Shown here: positions 25,091 to 39,000 of the stretch, piece after piece | Numbering within the stretch: the stretch's first letter is position 1 | How the letters are laid out: every line of letters begins with the position of its first letter | Origin: Lama guanicoe | Taxonomy: Eukaryota | Direction: 5' to 3' | Length of the DNA stretch: 64,000 nucleotides | Assembly (NCBI GenBank): GCA_013239625.1 | Contig: MU054033.1 | Span: forward strand, 558,001 to 622,000 | Notes under the pieces: generated by a model | The model's database searches: none | The model's input: the letters and a program-made list of their open reading frames with translations, nothing else | What the model was told of the DNA's origin: nothing | Translations under genes and position numbers: made by a program

Positions 25091-25281
25091 CTAGGGTTAG
25101 GCAAACTTTTCAGTAAAGAGCCGGATGGTTTAGGCTCTGTGGGCCTCTTGCAGTCTTTATCATATGTTATTAAAAACATTTTTTTAAATTTTTATGACGC
25201 TTTAGGAAAAAGCAGACTGTTCGTAGCTCAAGGGCCGTATGAAAGCTGGGTGCAGAGTGGCTGCGGTGTTCTGAGCCCTGG
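25091..25281 (+). mobile_element. MER58-like hAT-Charlie MITE
   Basis: tagggttaggcaaactttttcagtaaagagccggat...tagctcaagggccgtatgaaa...gccctg resembles MER58. Confidence 0.7.
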
Positions 25282-26299
25282 TTCGGGCGCTGTTCCTTTG
25301 TCTTGCCTGCTTGACAAAGTCCATTTCCTGGGACCTGGCCCCTCACCTGCAGCTGGGGAAGCCGGACTCAGCTTCCTCGAGCTTCACAGGAAGGTGTTAG
25401 ACACCTGGCCCGTGCAGGCTGTGTTGTGTGTCTTAACACATGTTAAAAATGCCCTCTTTTCTTGTGTGATGGATGAATGATCCTGCTGACAACTCTGCAA
25501 CTCACAGTTGTGCAAATATTCTGTTCAGTGAGATCACCGTTAGGGCGAATGCTAGACTCAAAGGCCACTACCATTTAGGAGTATCTTGAGGTTTAAGGTT
25601 CCTGGAAACCTCCTGGTTAGAATTTCCATGTGAGTAACTTAGGACTTTTGGGGGCAGAATAAGATTTGAGAGATGGAGGTAGTCAGTGTATTCACATTTT
25701 CTAAAATAAAAATAAAGCCAACATGATTAATACATTACATATATTACATATTACAATATAACTTACTCATTTAAAGTATTTGTAATATTATATACTTGTT
25801 ATCTCTAACTGTAAACCTCTGGAAGCTTTCTCTTCTTGAACTGTATGAAGTATCTGTAAATTGGTTTTGCTTTCGTAGAGATAGGAGAGCCCTTACTGGG
25901 TGTCCTTCTGAAAGCGTTGTTTTGTCCTGGCAGGCGTTACTCTCCTGGAGGATCTGCCCAAGGCTTTTGAGGCTTGTTTTGAAAGTTTCTGGTGTCTTCA
26001 CTAAATACCCAGGTCTTCTGTGTGTTGTCTCGGTTCCTGCTGGTCATGATGGGAACACCGGGAGTTGCTCAGGCCAGAGCTCCCCGTTGTTCTTTCTCTG
26101 ATAGTTGCCTGTGAAATGGCAGCCACCCCGGCTTAAAGCTTAAGGGAAGCCCGTGTAGATTATTGCAGCCCTTTGCCTGAGAGGCGCTCTCCTCTTTGGT
26201 TCCCTGGCCTGCAGCTTCCAGCCACACGGCCTCCCTGAGCTCTCGTCTCTGGGCATCAGCAGGACCACTGTGTTGTTGCATTTAGGGCCCTGCCTTACA

Positions 26300-27280
26300 C
26301 CCCAGCCTAGAAAGCACCTGGGAAAGAAAGCTGGAACAGTCGCTGGGCTCCCCGATCGGTCTGGCACTGCTTGTCGATCAGCTTCTGAAAGATGCTTCAT
26401 ATGACTGGGAGAGGGGGGCTCGTGCTCCAGTACCACTGCTCCACCACAGTCAGAGGCAGGCGCCTCCAGTTCCCTCAGCGGGGAGTGGTGCTTAGGAGCC
26501 AGCATCTGAGTGCTCAGGGTGCTCCTTGTTTCTGGGGCGTCTCTGCTTCTAGGCCCTTGTACTGCACACAGCTAAGAAATAGGGAGGTAAGACGATTAGA
26601 TTATATGTATATACACACATACTTATGTCAAGGGCTGTATTTATATATTGGAAACCATGAGTTCATACAAATAACTGTTTCCAGTTCATCACCCCAGGAT
26701 CCACTCTCACTCTCTCCCGTTCAGTAGATGTCTTATTTTCAGTATATTTACTCATTTGCTCATTCCTCTAGTAATGGAGAAAATAGTTTCAAGTGACTGG
26801 TGCGTACCACTGTGATAAATACACTTTCTAACTAGAGTTTAATACTTAGAGTATTTATGTCTTTAGACTGAGGGTAGCGAGTAAAAATACTGTGTTGAAA
26901 AGTTATTTACATGATTTCCCCCTCAGTTAATTACGTTTAATTCATACGAAGTAAAATCAGGTTTCCTTACTCGTTTATTTCACCTTGAGTATGTGAAGTG
27001 TCAACACAATTTCGAAAGTCAGAGCAGTCCACGGAGGTGTCACTGCCCCTTCCTCCTCTAGTCCCTTCTGATTTCCACCCTTGAGGGTTGTTAATGAATC
27101 TCGTTAGTTTCTAGTTTATCCATCATGTTTCTTTCTGCAGAATTAAGGATATGCTTGTTTAAGCATCTCCATTCTTGTACCAGTAGTGTCCTGTACATGC
27201 TTCCTTTTATCCTTCACTTTTTTCTGTTAATAGTATATCCTGGGAGTCACTCCATGTTAGTTCACAGAAATGTGATGATA
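26300..27280 (-). mobile_element. Old L1MC-like 3' UTR fragment
   Basis: ggaaaccatgagttcatacaaataactgtttccagttca and related L1M 3' UTR phrases. Confidence 0.6.
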
Positions 27281-27607
27281 GCTGGAGTATATGAGGGTTA
27301 ATGGAACTTTCTCAGGATGGAGCTGTGTCCCCAGTTTGCATGCTGATGACACCGATCCTGGCCCTGTTTGAGACGGAGCAGTGATGAGACTGTAGAAGAG
27401 AAGCCTTCAGGCAAGCCGGGGGGCCTGGGATGCTGGGCAGAATGGAGGTTCTGGGTTATGGTTGGTGAAAGGACACTGCACTGTGAGGAAGAACGAAGGC
27501 CTGTTTATTAGAGCCTGAGTTCTGATAACATTCTGTGTCAGAGCACTCATTTTCATTTAATGGGGAGTTGCTATAAATGACTCTGAGGAAAATTTGCTAT
27601 GTAGATT

Positions 27608-30600
27608 TTTTAATTAATTTATTTAGAGAAGTTTTAGATTCACAGCAAAGTTGAGAGGGAGGTACAGAGACTTCCCGTATACCCCCCGCCCCCACTCACG
27701 AGGAGCCTCCCACGTTATCAGTATCCTCCACTGAGTGGTACCTTTGTGACAGTTGATTAACCTCCACGCTTACAAGTGAGTAACCCTGCACAAGGGTTCA
27801 CTCTTGATGTGCGTTCTGTGGGCCTGGGCAAATGTAAAATGGCTTGTATCCACCATTGTAGCATCATACAGAGTATTTTCATTGCCCTGAAATTTAGAAG
27901 CCAGCTGTGCTCAGCCTGTTCATCCCCTTCACCCTCACAACCACTGATCTTTTTACTGTCTTCATGCTTTTTTGCCTTTTGCAGAGTGTCAGATAGCTGT
28001 TACAGAGTATGCAGCTTTTTCAGATTGGCTTCTTTCACTTAGTAATATGCCTTTCAGTTTTCTCCATGTCTTTTCATGCCTTGATAGCTCTTTCTTTTTA
28101 TTGCTGAATAATTTTCCACTGTGTTGACGGATCACAGTTTGCTTATCCATTTACCTGCTGAAGGACACCTTGGTCACCTCCAAGTGCTGGTGATTATGAA
28201 TAAAAGCTACTGTGCATAGCAGTTCAAACTTCTGAGTGGACGTATTTTCAACTCCTTTGGGTGACTACCAGGGAGCGTGGTGGCTGGACTGAATGGTAAG
28301 AGTCTAGTTTTATAAGAATCCACCAAAATGTCTTCCAAAGTGGCTGTACCATTTTGCCTTCCCACAGGCAATGGAAGAGAGTTTCTGTTGCTCTACATTC
28401 TTGCCAGCATTTGGTGTGGTCAGTGTTCAGATTTCGGCTATTCAAACGAGTGTGTGGTGTTACCTCTTCGTTGTTTTAATTTGCATTTCCATGATGAAGT
28501 GTGATGTGGAGCATCTTTTCATGTCCTTATTTGCCATCTGTGTATCTTCTTTGGTGAGGTGTCTGTTAAGGTCTTTGGCTCAGTTTTTAACCAAATTCTT
28601 TATTTTCTTATTGTTGAGTTTGAAGAGTTTGTGTCTTTTAGATAACATTCTTTTTTCAGTTGTGTCTTCTGCAGATATTTTCTCAGTCTGTGGCTTGTCT
28701 TCTCATTCTCTTGACTTTGTCTTTCGCAGTGCATACGTTTTGGTTTTAATCAAGTCCAGTTACCCATTATTTGCTTCATGGATTATGCCTTGATGTTGTA
28801 TTTATACATTGAATTTATAGATCAAATTGGGAAGAACTGATATCTTAACCATTCTGAGGCATCCTATCCATGAACGTGGACTGTCTCCACTTACTTAGTT
28901 CTTTTTTGCTTTTGTTCATACATTTTGTAGTTTTCTGTGTATGAGTCGTGTACATATTTGATTAGATTGGTATTACTTTGAAGAAATTAGTATCTGTTAG
29001 CTCAGTGAAGAAGAAGGAGAGTAGAAGTTATTTTACTTTCACTTATTCCTTTTTGGATGCACTTCCTTTTCTTTATGTGGATCTATATAATTTTCCTTCC
29101 CTCTAAAGAACTTTATTATTATTATTTTTTAAAATATTTCTTGCAAGGCAGGTCTCTTGGCAACAGATTTTCTCAGTTTTTGTTTGTCTGATAAAGGTTT
29201 TGTTTTCCTTCACTTTTAAAGGATAATTTTGCAGGTACAGGATTCTTGGTTTGGTGGTGTTTTTCTCTCCACACTATAAGTATTTCTCTTCACTCTCTCC
29301 TTGCTTGCATGGTTTTTGAGGAGATGTCGGGTGTAATTTTTGTCTTTGTTCTTTTGTGGGTCATATTTTTTTCCTCTGGCTTCTGTCAGAATTTATCTTT
29401 GACTTTTCTGTAGTTTGAAAATATTATGCCAAGGTGGGTTTTGTTTGTTTGTTGGTTGGTTTTTTATTCATCTTTTTGCATTGTGTCCTTGGTGTTCTCG
29501 GTGTTCTCTGAGCTTCCTGGGTCTGTGGTTAGTGTCTGACATGCGTTTGAGGAGATTCTCAGGCATTCCTGGTTCAGATGTTTCTTGTTCTTCCTGCCTT
29601 TCTCCTCCTTTTGGTATTCCTGATATGCACGTATTACACTTTCTGTGCTTGCCCCGCAGTTCTCGGTGTTGGGGTTTTTATCTTTAAATTTTCTTTCAGT
29701 CTTTGTTCCCTTTCTTGGTTTTGGAAGTTTCTGTTGTGGCAGCCTCAAGCTCAGAGTCTCCCCAGCTCCGTGCCGCCTGCTGAGAAGCCCGTCGAAGCTG
29801 CCGTCCATTTCTGTTGCAGTGTTTTAATCTCTAGCATCTCTTGTTTCTTTCTCAGGGCGTCCATCTCTGCTTGCATTGCCGGTCTGTCCTTGCGTGCCAT
29901 CTGCTTTACTCAGTAACGCCCTTACCCTATTAGGCGTTGTCATTTCAAGTTCACGGTCTGCAATTCCAGCATCCCTGCTACGTCTGTGTCCGTAAATTGT
30001 GTATTGGTGGCTAGGTGTGCCTTTTACCGCTCACTTGATATCCCCGCATGGTGATGTGCTGGATCAGGGACCCTCCGTAGATAGGCCTTCAGTGATGTGG
30101 CGAGGTGGCGGGAGGGGAGGTGTTCTGCGGTGATGCTGTGATTAGGTCTTAGGCTTGGCGTGAGCCTGTGCCTCTGAGCTGTGAGCTTCGCGAGCGTTTC
30201 TCCGGTTGTTTCCTGCCCCCTTAGGTGGGGCTGGATGGCCAGAGCGGGCTGGAGTCGGGTGTCCCTTCCTCCAGGTCAGTTAGGCGCTGCTTGGTTAGTT
30301 TCCCCGAAGGCAGGCCTTGCTGGGAACAGAAGTCTCTGGTATTTCAAAGCAGCTCCTCTTCCCCATCCCCCGCCAGCAGGCGGAGGGGGTTTTGCTCCAG
30401 TATTTACCCCGAGAAGCCGGTGAGGCTCTTGGAGGTAACTCGCACAGAACTGCTGGGTACCCTGGAGTCTGACCCTCAGCGGTGCTCCCGCCCAGCCTCC
30501 GGCAGTTCAGCAGCTGCGTTCCAGGTCTTCCTGCCCTGGCCGTGGTTTGCGCTGCTCGCGCGTCTCAGCCCTGGCGTGCTGTGGTTCTCTGTACCCGCCT

Positions 30601-30790
30601 GCTTTTCAGTCTCGGGGGCAGCAGTTTGCCCTGTGCCTTCCCCTCTGCTCTCTTCCCGATCCTAGAAGAGCTGTTGATTCAGTCTGTTCAGCTTTTCACT
30701 TGTTAGGACAGAGTGGCAGCCTCTCGGCTCCTTCCACGTGGAACTGCGAACTGCAGGTCTGTATAGCTCCGTATAGACTGAAATTTTAAA
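27608..30790 (-). mobile_element. L1MC-like element with internal deletions: 3' end, ORF2, ORF1 and GC-rich 5' region
   Basis: ttttagattcacagcaaagttgagagggaggtacagagacttccc 3' end. ORF 28248..28445 (GKMVQPLWKTFW) is ORF2-like. ORF1-like antisense text at 29140-29900. Confidence 0.82.
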
Positions 30791-31059
30791 TTTAATTGAA
30801 TTAAAAGGTAGTTTCAGATCCAGGATGAAGTCTAAGCTGAAAGTGCTTAAGAACTAGTGTTGCTGTTAAGGCCTGAGAAGCTGTGCTCCTGAGCTTTGCT
30901 TGCGTCTCTGCCACTCGGAACCTGGGCTGGACGTTCCCTGTGACGGTTAGGGCTAACCGTTACGCCCTCGCCAGTCACGATCGCATTCCTTGAGAACGGA
31001 GTAGCCTGAAGCTGGACCCGCCTGGTACCATTTATAATGTATCGTGTAGTACGTACCAA

Positions 31060-31500
31060 GCATCAGTTAGGATTCTCTCGGTTGCATGTTACAGAAAAAT
31101 GGATTCCAAGTGTACTTAACCTTATAATGTTGTCAGAATTGTTCTAGTTGAGTGATTCTGGACTGTTGTGAAGCTCCTTTGGCTTCGCTCTTTTCTGTCT
31201 GCCAGCTTCATTCCCAGCTTGGTAGCCTGAAGCTTCAGTAGTTCAGGGCCTCCCACCCACGGATGACCACGTTGAAAGGAGGAGAACCCTTTTGCCCAAA
31301 TTCAGGTTGGAGCCCTCGGATTGACCTTGGTTTGATTCTTGGGGGAAGAAAGTGTGCTCATTAGCTCAAGCTAGCCAGAACTGACCCATGGGTGTGGGAG
31401 TGGGTTTAACTTCTTTCAGAGGACATGGAATGGGGGGTGAGGGATGGGGGCGGCCTAGAGGCCGACACCAGAACAAACGTAAGGCTGCCTTCAGGAAGTG
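31060..31500. mobile_element. Old MLT1-type LTR relic
   Basis: atcagttaggattctctcggttgcatgttacagaaa resembles MLT1J/K termini. Confidence 0.5.
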
Positions 31501-31609
31501 GCAAGAAGGCGGTAGATGCTAAGTAAACAGCCAGGGTTCATGAATTTTAAAATTCCTGCTATGAACTGTCTTCTATTACGGTCCAACTATAAAGAAAAAC
31601 AGGGATTCC

Positions 31610-32690
31610 TTTAATTTATTCATTCATTTCTTCATCCGATTTCTTGGAGGGGAGCCTGTTGTGGGCTAGGCACTGTTCTAGGGTCTGGGGATGCAGCCGT
31701 AAGAAAGACTGAAGTCACCTGTTCTTGTGGAGCCCCAAGGCCATGGGGGTGGGGGAGGCAGTTAAAAACACGAGTTAAATATGTACTGTGTCCAGTAAGT
31801 GCTCTGCATGCAAATTAAACGGGGCAGGAAGAACGAGTTGTTGTGGCTGGTGTGGAGGATGCTGTTCCATGCGTGGTGGAGAGGGAAGGCCTCAGTGAGG
31901 AGATGAATGAGTAGAGAGTCTTGGAGAAGTGAGCTAGTGAGCCTTAGGGGTGTCTGTGGAGGAGTGTTTCAGGCAGAGGGTGAAGCAAGAACAGAGCCTG
32001 GAGGCAACGTCATACTGTGCAAGATAATGGGAGAGCAAGAAGGTTAATGTCTGGAGCAGGGTGAATGAGAGGAAGAGAGCTAGGAGGTGACGTCACAGAG
32101 GTAGGAGTCCAAGTCATGCAGAGCCCAAGTGACGTAGACTTTTTGCTTCTACTCTGAGTGAAAAGAAACTCTGGGGTGTTTTAAGCTAAGGAGTGACCTG
32201 ATATGACTGAAGCTTTAAAAGGCTTGCTCTGGCTGTGTGTTGAGAACAGGCTGTTCCAGAACTTCTGCCTTTTGAGCCTCAGCAGTTAAGGTTGTACTTG
32301 GACCAGTGTAGCCGTGGTGGAGGTAGTGAAAAATTGTTGGATTCTACATATATTTATATTTTGAAGGGGGAGGCAGGGATTTATTGATGAAAAGGAGGGG
32401 GTATGAGGGAGAAGAGTCAAGGTTGACTCTGTTTTGATCTGAACATTGGAAGGATGGAGTCCCCATCAAGTGACAAGCGGAAGAATGCAGGAGGAGCATG
32501 TTCTGGGGGAGGAACTTTAGTAGTTGGGGGAGGGGAGTGTTTACGGTGCTCGAGATGCATATCAGACATTCAACAGGATGTGTCTAGTCGGCAGTTGGAC
32601 TTAGGAGTCTGTAGTTCAGGGTAGAGGTCTGGGCTTGAGGTAAGAATTTTGATAGCATTGGTACACAGGTGGTGTTCAAACCTCTGAGTA
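31610..32690 (-). mobile_element. L2 LINE, about 1.1 kb of 3' end
   Basis: ttcattcatt tail, ctaggcactgttctagg, agggaaggcctcagtgaggag, ggcagttggacttaggagtctgtagttcagg. Confidence 0.88.
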
Positions 32691-35210
32691 AATGAAATAA
32701 GAACAAGCAAAATAGTCCAGAAGATGGTGAAAAAACAGAGAGGGAGGTGGAAGGAGAAGGAAAAGAACTAATGGGCTCTCCCCAAGTGCAGTGGTCGAAA
32801 TAAATTCAGATTTATTACCTATCGTAGTCAATGTCAGTGTATTAAATTCTTTAGAAGACAAACAGTAGCTGGCTTCAGAAAAGTTATCACTAAGCTGCTG
32901 TAAGAAACACTTAAAACATAACGATATAGGTTGAAAGCTGAAGAGAAGAAAAAAGATATTCCAGTCCAATACTGACTAACAGAAAGCTCATATAAATATA
33001 TTGATGTCAAATGAAATAGACGTTGAAGCCAAGTTGTATTAGAAATAGTTATCAGAGATAAAGAGAGTCAGTACATCACAATAAAAGGTTCAATTCTCCA
33101 GGTGGGTATAATTCTCAATTTTTATGCTGTTAGTAACAGCCTCAAAATACACAGTGTGAAAATTGACATCTTTTATGAATTGTAAAATTTCTACTTTTAT
33201 GAAAAGTAGAAAAAACGTTTCTCCTTTTATGAATCGATGTTTTATGATTTTCATCCTTTTTTAGAGGTCTTCTGAAGAACAGAAAATTTGCTTTAGAAAA
33301 GAAAATTAAAACTCATTTTCTCTTTCTAGTTACTGTATGGTTCATTGGACCTTTTTATGAATCTAAGATGCTGTAGATTCTTATATCACTGTATCTTTAT
33401 ATTGGAAACTTCATCTTCCTAGATTTTATTAATCTTTATTCCCAACTATGCTAAGAAAAACTAAAATAAGAAAAAGTAGAAGAATGAAGGAATTGTCTAG
33501 AAAGATGTCAGTGTTCCTGCATTGTCTTTGAGTCTTTGTTGCTTTGCCTCAAGAGTTGCACATATTTTAAGAAAATACAAATGGAGTCTGGAGGTGCCCT
33601 CTTTTAGTTTTCACTGAACACAGTTGAGAATTTAGAATGTTTCATTTTCTGCCCATAATGGTTAATAGTAGGAAGGTTGACAGAGGAAGACATTTCGCAG
33701 TTGTTAGGTGGATAAAATAACGGTCAAAGCAGACAGTGGGACTCTAGGGCCTCATTACAATGGTGACTTGATCACACGAGTGAAATCTTAGACGGTGGGT
33801 CATCAGATGACTGTATCCTAGTTAAATTTTCTTGAACTCAAGAATTGATCAGCGAAGAGTATATTTCTGTGGTTTCTATAAAGGAAATACGGGCTTTGCA
33901 TCAAGTTAGTCATTAGGCAGGAAGGGCTGCATGATGTGGGATTTTGTGACAAGAAGTTAGACTGTCCTATTTTGCCAGAAGGATGTGTGACAATATTCTT
34001 GAATTTCATATAATGTTGCGCGCGAACATTTACTTGATGCAGCTCGCACTTGAAGAGTGTTGACGGCAGCAGGTGTGTGTACAAAGGTGATGGGGAGAGA
34101 ATATGTAATAGAGAAAAGAAAACAAGTCATTGGCTTGATCATTCTGATGGATGTTTATAAATCTGCAAATGAATGTATTTTTACAGTCAGGGAACAAAGG
34201 ATATGGCTGTCCTCAACAGGTTTATAAGCCATTGAGTTCCAGAAGCACTCCATTTCCACTGTCCCAAGTTCAAGAAGAAGTAGAAGTGATGGTCTTGTAG
34301 TAGAGATATATTTGAAATCTGGAAACAGATTTTATAAAACGGTATGTCCCTGGTTCGTGCATGTCAGTTGACCAGTTTTATTCAAATGATAGAGCCCTTT
34401 CATGTGTGTTTGTGTGTGTGTGTGTAAATGTGAGTGTATATGTATATACACAGTGTGTATTTGTAAGTATGTGTGTATATAATACACATATGTGCACATA
34501 CCAGGAAAATATAAAAATATGGGGTTTCTGTATTTCAATTTTGACTACAGTTTTCAACTAATTTGCTTTTTTACTATCCTTTTATTTTTCTGTGAATTAT
34601 TTATATAATGACCTAAATATTAAATAAAAGAGTCTATTGACTCGGCTGACAAAGGGAGTTGATTATTTTTCCTGGCCTGCTGAGGGTTAATGTAACACAC
34701 CTGTGTGGATCACTGCCCCCAGCAGTTGACTGTGCACCCCTTTCAAGCACACATGGAATAGTCATGAAAATTAACCATCTGCTTGGCTGTAAAACCTCCA
34801 CGGATTTCAAAGGCCGAGTTCTGTGACTACAGGCAGCTAAGACACAAGCCATTTACAAAAGGTAATTAGAAGAAGTCCCCTACATTGAGAAACTTTAAAT
34901 AACTTCTGAGTAACTTACAGCTCAACAAAGGAAGTATAATGGAGAGTGGAACATACTCAGAATTAAATTCTAACAAAATACTTTAAAAGTTGTGTAATAT
35001 AGTTAAGATTGTACTTTAAGAAAGAATAAACGCTCAGGATGAATAAACTAAGAATCCAACTTAAAAAATGACAGAAGTAACTACAGAATAAGCCCAGATA
35101 GGGTAGGAGGAAGGAGATGAAGATGAACATAAGCTTATGATGTGGAAAACACACAGTAAGTAGTGAGGATGGTAAAGTCCGAAGCCGGTTCTTTGAAAGT
35201 CAAGCTTCTG
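32690..35210 (+). mobile_element. Old L1 ORF2 endonuclease-region fragments (32690-33168 and 34640-35210) separated by about 1.45 kb of other sequence
   Basis: ataggttgaaag...aaaaagatattcc; ataaaaggttcaattctccagg; tttcaagcacacatggaata. Confidence 0.7.
34400..34500. repeat. Degenerate (TG)n/(TA)n microsatellite
   Basis: tgtgtgtttgtgtgtgtgtgtgtaaatgtgagtgtatatgtatatacac... Confidence 0.9.
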
Positions 35211-35734
35211 GAGGGGAAAGCGCCACGGCTCTCATGAGTTCAGGGCCTGCCGTTTGCCCAGGAGGCCACAATTAGGGATGTATTTAAGCCCCAGCCATGT
35301 AGGATGATCCACTTCTCTGCCACCATGCCTTGAAATTCATCTGCATTAAATTTAGTAAATCCTCACTTCCTGGGGATATGGGTCTTCTGGGGCCAGCGAA
35401 CTTGAACTTGGCCCTGCATCGGACCTCGGTCACATGCTCCTTGTTCTGCGGCTGGTGTGGGTGGACACGATGACTTGGCCAGTGTGGCCCCTGGGCCCTG
35501 TGTGCTGGGACTTTCCAGAGGCACCCTGCATACCTGTCTGGAGTCTAGACTGGGGACAGCATGAAGTTTGCCGTGAACGTCCACTGGAAAGGGCTGTCTC
35601 CAGGGCCCCTTAGGGCAGTCCACACAAGCAGCAGGCTGCGGGCACTACTGAGGGGGCTCCTGTCTGCAGCCACTGCACGCTGGCCTCCTCGGGGAAAAGA
35701 GCATGGCGGGCTTAATTGGCTGCAGGAGGAGTAT

Positions 35735-38700
35735 TTTTAACATAAACTTTTAAATTGAATTACAATGAACATATGGAAAATTACACAGACCATAAGCGTG
35801 TAATAAATTTCTACAGAATGAACTCAACCTGTGCAGTCACCGCCCACGTTAAGAAGTGAACACTGCCCTTACCGGCACACCGCAGCGCATCCTCACGCCT
35901 CGTCCTCTCGTTAACCGTCTCTCACCCAAAAGATGCTGGGTGTTTCTCTGATTTTTATTACCAAGTACTAATTTTGCCTGTTTTCAAACTTTGTGGAACT
36001 GGCATTATCCAGCACGTGGTCCTCTGAGGCTGGCTTCCACTCAGCGTGTTTGCGGGGTTCAGTACGTGCTGGTCACCTAGGAATGGCGCGATCACATTTG
36101 GGAGTATTTCACAGTTCGTTACACTGTTGGTGGGTATTTGAGGTGTTGCTGGTTTCAGCTATTCTGAATAATACTTCTATGAATGTGCTAGTGCGTTTTT
36201 TTTTTATCGAGTTATAGTCAGTTTACAGTGTTGTGTCAATTTCTGGTGTACAGCACGATGCTTCAGTCACACCTGAACACACACATACTCATTTTCATAT
36301 TCTTTTTCACCGTGAGCTACTACAAGATACTGAATGTATTTCCCTGTGCTGTACAGTAGAAACTTGTTTCTCTATTTTATATGTGTTGTGCATGTTTTTT
36401 TAGTTGCACGTCATGCATTTCTGATGCATGTGTGCACTTGGGGTGGGACTGCTTTCCAAAGTGATTTTTACCCCCAGCAGCATTAAATCAGAGTTTTGGT
36501 TGCTCTGTACCTTCACTAACACTTGAACTCTGTATTGCTTATAAAACTGTGTTTTTAGTTTATGTTTGCTTGTTGGTTAATTATGTCGTGTTCCTTTTCC
36601 TCTCTTCATTAGCCGGTGTGATGCCCTCTTTTGTGAATTGTCTGTATCGCTTGCCTTGTATTGCATAGTTGGCTCTTTTATCTTCCCGACTTACAGCCCT
36701 TTGTATGCACAGGACACGTGTATTTCAGTTACCTTTTCCCGCTCTTTCACTTCCGTATTCCCTCGCCTAATGACATCTTTTGAGGAACAGAAGATTTTAA
36801 TTTTAGGAAAATCTAGTGTTTTCCTTTTAGAAGTATTTGGGGAAATCTTTAAAAAATCTTTGTACTAATGTCTTGAAGATATCTTTGGATGTTTTCACTT
36901 AGAAGTTATTGTTGGACCTTTGACATTTAAGCAGTGATTCACCATTAATTGATTTGTGTGTGTTTGTGATATGAAGGATCAAGAACTGTTTTGTCCCATG
37001 TGAACCTCCAGTGGCCCCGTTCCCAGGTACTGGCATGTTCCAGCAGCGCCATCTTTGTCGTAAATCAGGCAGGTATTTTCTGGACTTGCTGTTTCGTTCC
37101 ATTGCTCTGTTTATCTCTGAGCCCATCTGAAGTTCTCTTGACTACTATAGCTTTACAGTGTGTCTTCTTTTAGCATAAACGCTTCGACTTTTTCTTCATT
37201 CTTCAGCCTTTTCCTCTTCAAGAGTATCTTGACTGTTAGTAGGTTTTTGCATATTCATTTTGTCAGTTTCTAAAAGCACTGGGGCTTTGATTGGAACCAC
37301 ACCTAATCTATTAATTTGGAGAGAATTTACGTCTTTCAGTATGGAGTCTACCAACATTCCACACAGTACTGCTCCATAAACACGATGTGGTTCTCTGTTT
37401 ATTTAGGACTGATTTAGTTTAGATTTCGTAGGTTTTTGTGTCAAGATCTTACACATCTTTTAATAGATTTATTCCTTGGCTGTTTGATCTTTTTAATGTT
37501 AATATAAATGCTATCTGTTTAAAATTGCACAAATTTCTTACACGACTATATAGAAAGACAGTCGGGTTTTGTATGTTGAACTTGTATCTAGCAACCTTAC
37601 TAAATTCACTTATTTTCATGATTTGTAAATTCTTTTGGCTATTTTTCATGTATAATTAAGTCATCTGCTAATAATCACAGTTTTTATTTTTTTTCTTCTG
37701 ATCTTTGTAATTAAAAATCTTTCTTATTCCACTCACTAGGATGTCTGTTCCCATCTGTAGAATTTCTTGATCTCTTAGAGGAAATAATTGACCATTAAAA
37801 GTGATGTTAGTGATAGATATTTTATAATTGGTCTTTATGAGATCAAAAAAATTCTTTTATTCCTAGTTTGCTGTGACTTTTTAATTAATAGCAAAGATTG
37901 ATTAGAGAGGACACCCAAAGCACAAGTAATAAAAGAGAAAAATTGATGAATTGGACTTTTTTAAAATGAAAACTTCCAGAACCCATCAAGAATCATCAAA
38001 AGATATTGTGTGTATTTATGTTTTCAGATTTTCTGTTTCTTTGCCAATTTTAGTAAGTTGTGTTTTCCTAGAAATTTGTGTGTCGTTTTTCAAATTAATT
38101 GGGCCAGAGTTGTTAATAATATTCCCTTATTGTTTCATTGTCTGTAAAATCCTTAGTACCAGCCTCCTTTCATTCTTGATTGGAATTTGTGCTTTCTTTG
38201 ATCCTCCATTATGAGTCTTGCTAAAAGGCCTTTTATTTATTTTAGTTTTTCTCAAAGAGCCAACTACTTTGATTTTTCTCTCTTGCACATGTATTTTCTA
38301 TTTAAAAAGTTATTTTTTACTCTACTTTTTATCTTTTATTTCTTCTGTTTTGGGTTTTTTTTCCCTCCCTTTTTTCTATTCCTAGTTAGGGATACTTGAT
38401 AAGGGTATTTGACTGCTTGCTTTATCAGCGCCTGTGAGAGGTCTGTTAAAACCCACTGTGGTTGTCCATGTGTCAGTTTTTGCTTCTTATATTTTAGAGC
38501 TGTCTTTTTTGTTTTTTATTTATAATTCTTACGACTTTTTTAATGGATCGTCATGTTTGCTGTTGTAAAGTGACCCTCTGTCTTGAGTCATGTTTCTTGC
38601 CCTCGTTCTCCCTTGTCAGAGATTAAGATGACTTTGCAAGTTTTCTTTCGCTTGATACTTGCATGTTGTTTCACTCTTTTTCTTTAGCCATTCTGTGCTC

Positions 38701-39000
38701 TTGTATTTTAAGACGTATCTCTTGTAAACGGTATCAAGTAAGATTTTCAACTCTCCTTGCATAACCTGTGTGAAGATTTCCCTGTAGTGTTTCTTTTAGC
38801 GTGGGCCTGCTGACGTCCGATTGGGTGGGTGTGTGTGCTGAGTGGCTGTGTGAAAGTGTCTTTGTTTCACCATCATTTTTGATGAATAGATTTGATTTGT
38901 TTGGAATTCTTGGTGGGCAGTTATTTTCCTTCCTGACTTTAAAGGTGCTCATTTTCTGTCTCACACTGTGGTGTGGATAAAGCTGTATTCCAGGACTTCT
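35735..39000 (-). mobile_element. Old L1ME-like fragments
   Basis: Antisense ORF2 text. ORF 37449..37649 (EFSKVARYKFNIQN) is L1 ORF2 RT-like. Short sense-strand L1 piece at about 37900-37980. Confidence 0.75.
36196..36381 (-). mobile_element. Short, severely 5'-truncated L1 3' end related to the 11417-12788 family
   Basis: tttacagtgttgtgtcaatttctgg...gtgagctactacaagat...atttccctgtgctgtacagta parallels 11485-11640, with a poly-T start. Confidence 0.85.

Noticed and set aside
29578..30789. Cluster of 70-146 aa ORFs
   Set aside because: They fall in the GC-rich ORF1/5' region of an antisense L1 relic and have no coherent protein signature.
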